DNA of 64,000 nucleotides from Cyanophora paradoxa CCMP329 (taxonomy: Eukaryota; Plantae; Glaucophyta): positions 1 through 64,000 of the forward strand of contig QPMI01000491.1 in the NCBI GenBank assembly GCA_004431415.1, written 5' to 3'. Position 1 is the first letter of the stretch; each line of letters begins with the position of its first letter. The notes beneath the pieces are model-generated. The model saw nothing but the letters and a program-made list of their open reading frames with translations, made no database searches and was not told where the DNA came from. Below, piece by piece: positions 35,601 to 45,700 of this stretch. The translations under genes and the position numbers were made by a program.

Positions 35601-38278
35601 GCGAGGGCCCCCGCAGTCGCGAGCGGCCGCAAGCAAGGAGGGCAGCAAGAGCTCCAAGAGCAATGAGCGCGAGAAGGGGATTGGGTAGAAGGGGGATGAG
35701 GGGAAGTTGCAGGACGGGTTGCGCAGCAGCGGGTTGAATGTGCCCCAAGAGGGCGGCGATGATGGTGGGGAACTTGGGGGAGTAGTGTGGGTACGGGGCT
35801 TTCTTAAAGGGGCCACGGGGGGATATAGTGTCTAGAGCAGTTTGTAGGGCGTGGCCTGTTAAGGCGGAAACGGTCACTATCGAAAGAAATTCTAGGGGCT
35901 CTGGAGGAAGAACTAGGAGGAGGAGGAAAGGCAGGGCAAACGGTGCAGCCAGCACAGCCGGGGCCAGGCCCGGGTCATCTGAGACATAAAGTGCATGCAG
36001 GAGATCAGCCCCGAGCTGCCATAGTGCACAGGAAAGCACATGCCATTCGGCCGCAAGGAAGGCCGGGAAAATAATAGAAAATTCAAGGAGGCGGGGTGCG
36101 AGAAGGAGAGCAAAGTCGGCGAGGCGGGTCCAAGCAAACGCTGCCCGGCGGCGTGCCAAAGGGGACAGGGCCGGGGGGGGGCGAGGGGGGGTCGGGGGAG
36201 GGACAGGGCAGGTAAGGAGTTGAAGAAGAGCAGGGCCGGACGAGTCAAGAAGCCGCCTGCGGCGCCGGGAGAGGAGTGCGAGCAGGAGGATCCCGGCAGC
36301 TGGCGGGGGAAGGGGCAGGAGGGTAGGGGGAGGGGGGGGTGGGGGGAGGGAGAAGGGTGGGAGGGGGGGAGCAGTTGCTCGGGAAGTGCTAGGAGGAGGG
36401 GCGGGAGGAGGGCTGGTCGAGGGGGCCGGGTACGAGGGGTCAATGAGCCATAGTGGGGACACGGGAATCGCTGCAATAACGAAGCGGAGGGCGCCGAAAA
36501 GGTGAGGGGCAGTTGTAAGGGGGGGGTAGGGCAAGGAAGCAGTGAAGGGAGAGGATAAGGAGGGGGACCCCGCGGTAAGGGCCTCCACATCGACGCCCTC
36601 GAGCTCGTCGCGCACGCTGGGCTTGCCGGCGGGCGCGGGTGAGGGGGGGACGGTGGGCGCTGGGAGCAGGGTCGGGGAAGGCCAGATGGCGAAGGAAGCG
36701 GGGAGACAGCAGGACGAGAAGCAGCGAGGGGAGGGCGAGAAAGGCGGGGGAGAGCTGAAGATAAGATGGGGGCCTGATAGATGGAGGGGAGGAAGAGGCG
36801 GGAGAGGCGGGGAGAAGGGGCGGTGCCCTGGGGGTAGTCCACCAGGGGAGAGGGAGGGGGTCAGGGGGGGCCGAGAGAAAGGGCGATTCCGCGAAAGCCG
36901 CTGCTGAGGGGGTCCAAGGGGAGGAAAGGAGAGTTCTATGTAAGAGCCGGGCAATAAAAGGGTGCAGGGGGGGGTACTCTGAGAGGCGGGGGGGTAGCTG
37001 GAAGAGAAGTGAGAAAGGGGGTAGTGAGAGGGCGAGGAGAAAGGAAAGAAGAAAGAGGAGAGAGAGGGCGGAGAGGGAGAGGAGCTCGGGGGTTGTGATA
37101 TGGGGCAGGGGAGGGCACGAGCCGTGCAGGAAGGCATAAAGGGGGGAAGTGGGGGCCGTACAGGAGGGAGGGGGGTCAGGGGCTGTCGTTAACGGGCTTC
37201 GGCACGGCTCCGGGGCGGGCTGGGGGCGGGGCTCTCGGGCTGGGCGGCGGCGGCTGGTACGGCCCTTGAGGCGCCGGGCGAGGAGGGGCGGGCGGGGTCG
37301 GGGAAGGGAGCAGCCAGACGAGAGCGCAAAGCGGACCGTGAGGCGGACACCCCGGGGCGGGGCAGGAGAGCTGGCGAGGGAGCTGGCCTGCGGAGCCATC
37401 TGGCGCGTCCTCACAGCTGCTGGGGGGGGTAAAGAGGGCCAGCTGTTCCGGAGGGCGAGGGCGGCTGCAACGTTACGACTTGCCCGTGCCGTCGAGAAGG
37501 GAGGGCGCGCGGGCAGGGGCGTCAGCGGGCGCTGGGTACGGGGGCGTACACGATTGGACGTTGCAGGACGGAGGCCAGGTAGGGGGAGGTCGGGGCGGGA
37601 GGGCGGCGCAGCAGAAACCTGCAGCTCAGCCGGTAGGGGTGGGGGAGGGGGGGAGCTGAAGAAACGACGGAGGCGACGCGGATGACTCTTCCGCGAGGCC
37701 CGGGGCCGGCGAGGCGAGGGACGGCTCTGATAGGGGGAGAAGGGCGAGCGCGGGAGCCAAGGAGTTGCACCAGCGAGGGCCGGGCGGGGTGTAGGGCAAG
37801 AGCGGGGCGGGAGCGGCGAAGGCGCCGGCGGGCGGACCTCGGCAGGGCCGCCAGGGCCGGCGACGGCGGCAGGGCGTGGGCCTAGCAGCGGGGCGGGGCG
37901 GCGAGGGGGCGGAGTAGGCGCGGCGATCGGGGGCCCGGCGGAGGCCCGGGGGTCCGGGTTCGACTTCGCGGGGGCGGGCTCGGCGGCATCGTCTAGGCGC
38001 CGGCGTCGTCGGACATAGCCCCGGACGCCGATTCCCACGGACAGGCTAAGCGCCATGAGTATCGCCAAGGCGGCCCAGCTGGGACTAGAAAGGAGCCCGA
38101 GGATCTCAGAGGCGTAGACGTAGGGAGGGGAAGCCCAGGTGGAGGGTTCAGCTAGGGGCCCGAGGACCGGGGCAAAGCTAGCCGCCAGCGGGAGGAGGGC
38201 GAGGAAAAGAAAAGAAAACAGACCAAAAGTGGAGACGCCATGCCGGAGACCCAGTTTCCTGCGAGGAAGGTGTGGCAT
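20687..38278 (-). CDS. LINE polyprotein, ~5,900 aa if frameshifts are corrected (alternative upstream ATG at 39127)
   Basis: Chain of overlapping minus-strand ORFs. Checked breaks lie in homopolymers, e.g. one extra A near 22210 restores SIQKRLALLLDQHLRAIWRDRC. Confidence 0.6.
21047..21185. repeat. 18-bp minisatellite (~7-8 units) encoding ASA(T/P)P(L/M) near the polyprotein C-terminus
   Basis: GGCCGA(A/G)GCC recurs every 18 bp. Confidence 0.85.
22156..22772 (-). other. LINE C-terminal CCHC (zf-RVT-like) finger and IWxxR motif
   Basis: HCPFC (22758-22772) ... EDFVHIFTC (22576-22602) ... AIWRDRC. No PD-(D/E)xK endonuclease seen after it. Confidence 0.7.
23730..24430 (-). other. Ulp1/C48 (clan CE) cysteine protease domain, apparently catalytically intact
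   Basis: RLVLVPI...GHWHLLAL (His 24099-24101)...FYFYNGS (Asn 24048-24050)...W...LQPPNSTACG (Cys 23877-23879)...YREYIALSL. His, Asn, Gln and Cys are in one frame. Confidence 0.8.
25010..25545 (-). other. Second Ulp1/C48-like domain, catalytic residues lost
   Basis: PIDAFFRLL...CLFLSS...YDYILLPL...PWRLAII...IRILD...W...PTQ...EDALFVMTAAE matches the fold pattern, but His and Cys are replaced. Confidence 0.6.
28970..30110 (-). other. Non-LTR reverse transcriptase domain
   Basis: AIPKR..DLRPITL..WKL, NYGF, PQGGIEAPL.WRIFFD, LAYADD (YADD at 29221-29232), GMNLNAKKT, FRVLGV. Confidence 0.95.
31200..32075 (-). other. APE (EEP-fold) endonuclease domain
   Basis: LTWNIRR, VALQEV, LVLGDMN, RLDYAL, SADHFPV. 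Confidence 0.93.
33240..35470 (-). repeat. Coding tandem array, 126-bp/42-aa unit, ~18 copies
   Basis: GGCCGACAG recurs at exact 126-bp spacing (33501, 33627, 33753 ... 35391). Unit PPPAPRDLQDAVGRPAARRRARADGPGP..KPP is open throughout. Confidence 0.95.
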
Positions 38279-39584
38279 GAGAGGGTCGAGGTGGAGAGGC
38301 GGGCGGCGGGCGGGCGGGCGGGCGCGCGCGCGCGGCGGAGAGCGAACAGCAGGGGGGCATCTTACCCCGGTGAGCCTTGCGGCCCCGGGGGATCGACGCG
38401 CGGGTTGCCTATCCTCGGAGAGCCGGGCCGCGCGACGACGGCGTGTGGCCCCGTGGCATCGGCGCAACGGAGGGGACCGGACGGATAGCCAAACCGCGCG
38501 ACGACGGTATAAGGCCCCGTTACATCGATCCGTTTGTGAATTGGGGGGGGGCTTATTCACGGATAGCCAAACCGCGCGACGGCGGTGTAAGGCCCCATGA
38601 CTTCGGCCAGAGGGCGGCATGCCTTTAGCGTCGGCAGCGAACGCGGATGGCACGTCGTTCGAACGTCGGCCGCCCGCGCCCGCCACGCAGTGAAAGAGTG
38701 GTGATTTGAGAACTGCGGGGCGGGCGTGAGGCCCGGGCGGGTGGCGCGAACGACGCGCGAGGCAGGGTGATGTCCCTTCGCAAGGGCGCATCGCACGGGG
38801 GCTTCTGCAAGCAGAAGGAGCTTGTTCGGTCGGTCGCCGCCCGGCTCGAGTTCCGTCACGGGCGGCGTTGGCTTCTTGGTGGTCGCTCGGCTCGAGAGTG
38901 AGCGCGGCGCCACATCGTTCGACTCCCTCTGCACCGCCGAGCTGCGACGCCGCTTGGATTGCATCTTGTTGTTGGCGTTGCGTCGCGAGCCTTGTTTTCG
39001 GCTCCGGTGTGCTCGGGCGATGTCCTCCAGCTCCGTTTGGTGCCGGAAGGCTGTTTATGCTGCTGGACGATGCGCTAGCATCGCCAGTGTCCCGTACGCG
39101 CAGGCCTTCGCGATGGCCTGGGTACATCGTTTTTTTTCGGGACTCGGGAGTCGGGACTCGGGAGTCTTGTCGGGAGTCATTGATACACCACCGTGTCACC
39201 ACGGTCCACGGCACATGTATCAATTAATATCAATGTTCTAGGTGACTGGGAGTCTTGTTGGGAGTCCAGTCACTGAGTCATCAAGTTGGGAGTCTCATGA
39301 TCAACTTAAGCTAAAGCTTGGGACCTACTCGGACTCTTGGGACTCAACTTGGGAGTTGTTGGGGGCCTACTTCAAGGCTACTCCTTGGGGCCCTAATTTC
39401 GCGCCGGGGGTGCAAGGGGGGTGCAAGGGGGGAACGCGCCGGCCGCGTTTTTCGCGCCGGGGGTGCAAGGGGGGAACCGGGATCTAATGAAAGAGTCCTA
39501 GTGGCACGCACATGCGCGCGGCAGAAGGACCCCGGCCCAGTGCGCGCGGCCCCCAAAGAACGCCAGCCCACGGGCTGCGTCGGC

Positions 39585-40045
39585 TGAAAACCGCTTTTTG
39601 CATGGACGGCCGCAGCAGGCTGCAGCCACGACCGCCGCGGATCCGGAGCAGCACGCGGCCCTCGATCGCGAGGAGGATCCGGAGCTAGCTATAGGCGGTA
39701 CGCGCCACGCCGGCCCAAGGGCTGCGTCGGCTGCGCCGCACGGCGTTAACGCGCGGCAGGCGTCAAGGGGCAGGCGTCAAGGCGAGAGAAAACTGGTCTT
39801 CGCCCTCGAAAACCGCTTTTTGCATGAACGGCCGCAGCAGGCTGCAGCCACGACGGCCGCGGAGCAGCACGCGGCGCTCGATCGCGAGGAGGAGCTAGCT
39901 ATAGGCGGTACGCGCCACGCCAGCCCACGGGCTGCGTCGGCTGCACCGCACGGCGTTAACGCGCGGCAGGCGTCAAGGCGAGAGAAACTTCGGAAAACTG
40001 GTCTTCGCTTTCGAAAATCGCTTTTTGCATGGACGGCCGCAGCGA
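39585..40045. repeat. ~200-220-bp tandem duplication (two full copies plus a partial)
   Basis: AAAACCGCTTTTTGCATG..CGGCCGCAGC starts at ~39587, ~39809 and ~40014. Confidence 0.8.
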
Positions 40046-42749
40046 CAAACACGTGGCGCAACCCAATTTCCACTCATTTTTTCCCGCGTTGCATACTGGA
40101 CCTCGAAAACGGCCTCAAACAAAAAATTTTGGCTGAAGCGAGGGAACGGGAAGCAAGCTGGGAAAAGCCCTTCGGTCTTCGTCCCCCCTTGCAATAAAGG
40201 GCCCGCTGCGGCGCGCGCTCGGAAGGGGTGGTGCTCGTGCACGCCGCCGCGGGGGTCCGGGGAAGGGAAAACACACACCGAAGTCCGTGGACCCCCGGTT
40301 CGAATCCGAAGAAGGCCAGTAAAAAGAGCCACTGACTTGCCGCGCGCGTCAGTTGCCAGTTGGGTCCGGGGAAGGGTCTTTAAACTCGGCGAATCCAAGA
40401 TCTAGATGCAGAGAGCAGGGACTAGTACTTAAGCTTAAGCTTAAGAAGCCTTGATCATCATGAAGGCGCGCGGTGGCCGCGGCCGGCCGCGCGGGCGCGA
40501 GCCGCCGGGCCGGCTCCGAGGCCAGGCTGGCCATGCCAGGCGAGCTGTCCTCGCGATCGAGACGAGCTGTCCTCTAGATCGAGGTAGGCCTCAGGGCCTA
40601 GCTATATAGGGCGCGAGCCCCGGGGGCGGGCCGGGGGATGGCTCGCAAATTGAACGTTAACCTTGTGTACATGTGGACGTGCTCGAGCTCCTGCGCATGC
40701 CCCGCGACCGTCGCGCGCGTGAGGCGTGGCGGGTGCACGAGTGGCCTGGCCTGGGCCTCCGCGCGATCTGGGCGCGGGCGCGGGGACGCTGCTCAAGCTC
40801 ACGCCGTGACGCTCCGCTCAGAAAGCGGCGCAGCGCTAGCGGGCCAGCTCATGATCAGCGGCTGCGCATGCAGCAGGCATGCGCATCGCGCGCGCGCGGG
40901 GGCTCTGCGTCGCGCGGCGCGCGCGCCGCGCGGGCGTCGGCTTGTTGCAAGTGGCATAGACGGCCAAGTGCGGCCGGCTTGCGGCCGGCTTGTGCAATTC
41001 CGTCGGGGCGTGCGCGGTACGTTGGCGCGGGTGAAGCGTGCGCGGCTGGCACGGCTAGCCGCTGAGCCACAGCAAACTGTCACGCGCGCGAGAGGCGTAA
41101 CCATTGTTGAGCCGAGCCGAGCTGCGGCGCCCGGGGGAGAAAGCGGCCGGGGGGTACCTTAAGAGGTTTCCTCAGGGTAAGTTCGCACTCTCCAATGTGA
41201 TTGGCTAGCGCGCGCGGCGTCCTCCCACGCGACCGCGCTCGCGCCCGGCCTAGCTCTCGCAGAACGGAATGTCGGGCATGATGCGCGCAACGACCTCGAA
41301 CTGGTCTGGCCCGTATATCTGCTCCCTGTGCGTCGCTGGACCCGTTTTTGTCCCGGGTGTTGGTGCCTGTTCCTGGATCACCCTTTGGTCGGACGGGACC
41401 GGGAGACACGGTTTCGGGGTCCCCTGGGGATGGGCTTTCAGGGTGTACCGCGCGGCCCGGGTTTTGCGGAGGTCGGGGAAATGGGATTTGGAATAGGGTT
41501 GGGCCCGAGGGACAGGGACAGGGGAAGTGATTTTCCCTTCCCCAATAAGACGGGGGCCGTTCAACGGTTGGGGCTCTTCGAATTGACGACGAAGTTTACC
41601 GTACGTCACTCTTGGACCTTCAAAAAAAAAGGCTCCGCCGCCCCGCCGGGCCGAGTCAATTTGGGAGTCGTGGGTCCGACGTGGGACTCTTGGCCCAGTG
41701 GGAGACTGGGACTCTGGGTCCTGAGTCTGGGAGTCTGGGGGGGTCTGTCGACGTCCTTTCCGAAAAGTTCCGCCGTACAAAACTTTTCCGAGTCTGGAAA
41801 CTCGGCGGTGGCAGGAAGTTTTGTACGGAGACTTCCCACAGTGGCACGTAGTCAAACCTTTGGCAGGTACCGTTGGCAGCCTTTTGGCTTTGGCAAGGTA
41901 CCGTTGGCAGATTATCGCATTCGTGTTCCCACTAGTTCGTAGGAAATCTTCGGTGTTTTTTGCAAACGAGGGCGTCGCATTCAATGATTGATATGTGACG
42001 TGACGCGCCCTTCCGAGTCAAAGTTCCGATTTCGCTATCAGGAAGTCTTCGTTTCATGGCAATGATGCATCCAATCATGGCAATCATTCGTACACATGTA
42101 CACTTGACAGCAGTGCCCCGGTCGAGTGTCTGTGCCTATAGCTACCGGATACTGGAAAGCCGACTCGGCGACTACTAGAAGAAAAGGATCCGGACTCGGG
42201 ATGAGGTCGAATTCTACAGCTAATTGTCGTGCATGCGCACGTGCACGTGGTCGAGCTGTCGCTGGAGCTCTACTTGTAACCCCCAGAACATAATATGCCC
42301 CCCCCCCCCCCCCCACACCCCCCCTCCCACCCTCACCCACCCACCCACCCACCCAACACATGTACACTCTACATGTGACACAGGAGGGCATTCCTAGTGG
42401 GGGTCATGCATGTGTACCGTAGTACGTGTATTGATCATGACACGAGCTATTCACATGCATCTGGGCTGTCGACAAGGCGCCGTCCGCAACAAAGCGTGAG
42501 GACTGTGCCTAAATATGATTCTGCGTATCAAAAACTCGCGACGCCATGACGGTGGCGATGCACAAAAATTCTAACATGCGCTCTAGATCTGCGACGTCGA
42601 CACTTCCTACGTAAGGGGCTCGCCCCCCCCGCAGAAATATCGATTCGAAAAACAATCCGAAAACGAAATTGGAAATATGCAGCTAAAAAATTTATTCGGG
42701 GCTCCTCGCGCTCGCGAGGAGGCGGGGCGAGAACAGGCCCGTCGAGCTC

Positions 42750-45700
42750 CTACAAGAACGTGGCGAGAAGAGTTGCTGCGAGGGTGACAAGGAGAAGGAG
42801 CAGGGCGTGGCCGAGGCCCTGGGAGGCGCGAGCCGCCCAACGGGCGCCGGAGCTGCCGCGGCCGAGGAAGCCGCCCTGGTCGGACGTCGAAGTGAAGGCC
42901 GCCGTGATTGTGCCGTTCGCAATCTGCAAGTTCGATTCGACCACGCTGCGGGAGAGGGTCACCTGGCCGATCTGCGCCGGCGCCGCCAAACCATGTTCAG
43001 TCGACGTCGCGCGATATATATCGATATATATTCGGAATGGGTCTCAGTCAAGCTCGGGATCGGACCTGCACGATGGCGGCGTCGGATAGGCCCGCGTACT
43101 GAGACGGCATGCCCCCCGTCAGCATGTAGAGCGTGGACCCCGGCGCGACGGTGAAGCCCGCGCCGAGGTTGACGACCAGCTGGTTCCCGGTTGGGCCCAG
43201 CAGCGTGCGGCGGCGCCCGGCGCCCGAGCCGCTTGACTTCGAGCCCGTGAGCTTGCAAGTGACGCCTGCGAATTCGAAGAATTTGATCGTGTTTCAGAGG
43301 CTCAAGGATGGGGCTCGGTTTACCCCTGCCGAGGAGCGGAAGGGTCTCCGCAGCGATGGCCGAGCTGCACGGGATGGTCGAGCTGGTAGTACCGTCGCTA
43401 TTGATTGTGTACGGGATGTCAATCTCGATGGAGATGCTGCAAGGTGCGCGTTAATGTTGTTGAGCTTGCGTGCAAGCACGATATGCGTTCATGATCACTT
43501 GCGCTCACCTCGTGAAGTCTCTCTGATCAAAGGTCGCGGCGCCAATCGTCTGCAAGAGCGGGGTTCGTCGGCCCGCCAGAGACACTGAGAAAGAACGCGA
43601 TCGGCTTCGACGCACCACGAACGGGCAGCTCTCCTTGTTGCAGCTGTTGGTGAACTTGCACCACTCCTCGAGATTTGGAGGGAACTGGCAGCGGCCTGTC
43701 TTCACTCCGCAGATCTGCGAGTGCCGCGACCGGTGAGCCTCGCAATTTCCGCGGAGAAGGAGAGGCGAGGCGATGCCGCGGCCGCGGGACCTGGCAGGGG
43801 GTGCACTGGTAGCACGACTTCATGTTGGCGGAGGACGGCTGGGCCCCGGACTCCGCATCCACGACGGCGATGGCCTCGTCGGCGAGGAAGACGTTCTTGA
43901 AGATTCCGTCTGCCGCGTTGGACGTGGCGATGTAGTCGGAGCCTTCGGTCACGTTCGAGGCCTGCACGTACAGGCCTGCGGCGAGCCGGTCGTGAGGGTG
44001 CGCTCTTGAATTATTGAGAATTAATATTAGAGCGTCTGCGCACCGCCGCCCTGACTACTGTCGCCCTTGACCTGGTTCTGGATAAAGAGCGTGCCTTCGA
44101 ACTTTATGCTGGCTCCGATGACGGCAATACCTTTAACGTCAACGGTACGCCGTAAGTTAGTACCTTTTTCGAACTGCTTGCATAAACCTCGACTCACCGC
44201 CGCCGAAGGCGCCAAGGGCAGAGTTGCGGAAGAATAGGGACTTGTTGATGCGGACGACACCACCGCGCCGCCCCGCGGTCATCATAATGAGGGCGCCACC
44301 ACCGATCTGAGTCGGCTCGAGATCGGCATCCTTGTACCACGAGAAGCCGGCCTGGAGATGAGAAGGACTGATCGTGAACAGCTGCGTACGCAGGCATGTG
44401 CGTTGTTGAGTATGCACACCGTGTTCTCGTCGAATCCGGACGTTTCGCCGGTGATGTCGATGGCGTCTGCTGAGAAGAGACCGCCGCCTAAAGCGATCCG
44501 GCGGACGGCAATGAGCGCGATCAATGTTCATGCAGATGCACGATTAGTACTACGGTGCTAAACGTTAACGTTGCACATACCCATAAACGCCTCGTTCTTG
44601 CGGAAGACGCACTGCTCGATGCGAACGGGGCTGGAAGCACCGAACACGGCCAGGCCGCCCCCCATGCTGGACTCGGTCGGCAGATCAAGCTTCTGGCCGC
44701 CGATCTCGACCGGGTCGCTGGGGTCGACGCCGCCCGCGATGTTCTCCAGGAACACGCACTTCGTGAAGGAAACCGAGCCAGCGTCCGTCGGCGCGCTTGA
44801 GGCCTCAGACGGGTCCAGCTCGCCGACGGCCACTCCGCCGCCCATAATCGCACCGTTCTCTGCGTATACGTATAATTATAAAGACGTGAGCACCCTCAGG
44901 GTGCAGCGAAGCAATTCGATCTCACTCTCGAACTGGGTCCCGTAGAAGCTTGCTGAGCAGCCCGACTGAATAAGGGCCGCCCCGCCCGTCTTCGCTGCGA
45001 TGTTGCTGCTGAACGAAGACGTTGTTACTGTGAGCTTCGCCGAGGAGCCCGTGCACGTGAGGCCGCCGCCAGCTGCGCTTTGTTTTAATAGGTGGTTCGA
45101 AATTCCGATGCAGCGCCCGCCGGGTTTGGACAAAGATCTATAGCTAAAAGTCGACGAGCTCGAGACCCACCATCCGCATTGATGAGATTGAAGCTGTCGG
45201 AGACAATAACGGTGTCTAGAGCCACCTCCGCGTTACTGACATGCAGCCCGCCACCGAGGGAGTTGCCGATTTGGCTCGAAGAGATGCGCGCGGCTGTGCC
45301 CACCCAGATCGCGCCTGGCGAATCGAAGTCGTTTGAAGGCAGAGAGGAGAAGACATAACGGAAACAAATGCGCACCGGCGGCGTCGGCGGTGTTGCTGTC
45401 GAAGTTCGTGCCGTTGACAGTGACCACCGAGTTTGCGCGAACGAGGGCGAGGGCGCCACCGAAGCGATGTTGGGGGTCGAGGGCGGGGTCGCCGCCTGAG
45501 AAAGCTTCGTTGCGCTGTCAGGGAAGACATGTTAGCACATCTCAGCTAAGCTACTAAACGTCAGTAAACGGTGCTCGGAGCTTAGCTAAACGTTAGTAAA
45601 CGACGGCGCACGGTAAAGTAGCAGCCCTGGAAAGAAACCTCGCCGGCAGAGGACTGCGCAGAGCCGACAACGATGGCACCGCCAGCGCCGCGCAGCGCCT

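Larger units (their letters stand above)
20462..39137 (-). mobile_element. Giant non-LTR retrotransposon (APE-RT-RNase H-CCHC) with extra protease and membrane domains
   Basis: Ordered LINE domains on the minus strand, intronless, strong C-rich strand bias. A8 at 20462-20469 is a candidate tail; candidate 19-bp TSD. Boundaries are less certain than the identity. Confidence 0.88.

Noticed and set aside
32362-35737. Long plus-strand ORFs (645, 386, 288 aa) as antisense genes
   Set aside because: Shadows of the GC-rich coding repeat; they are broken by stops, while the minus frame runs on into APE.
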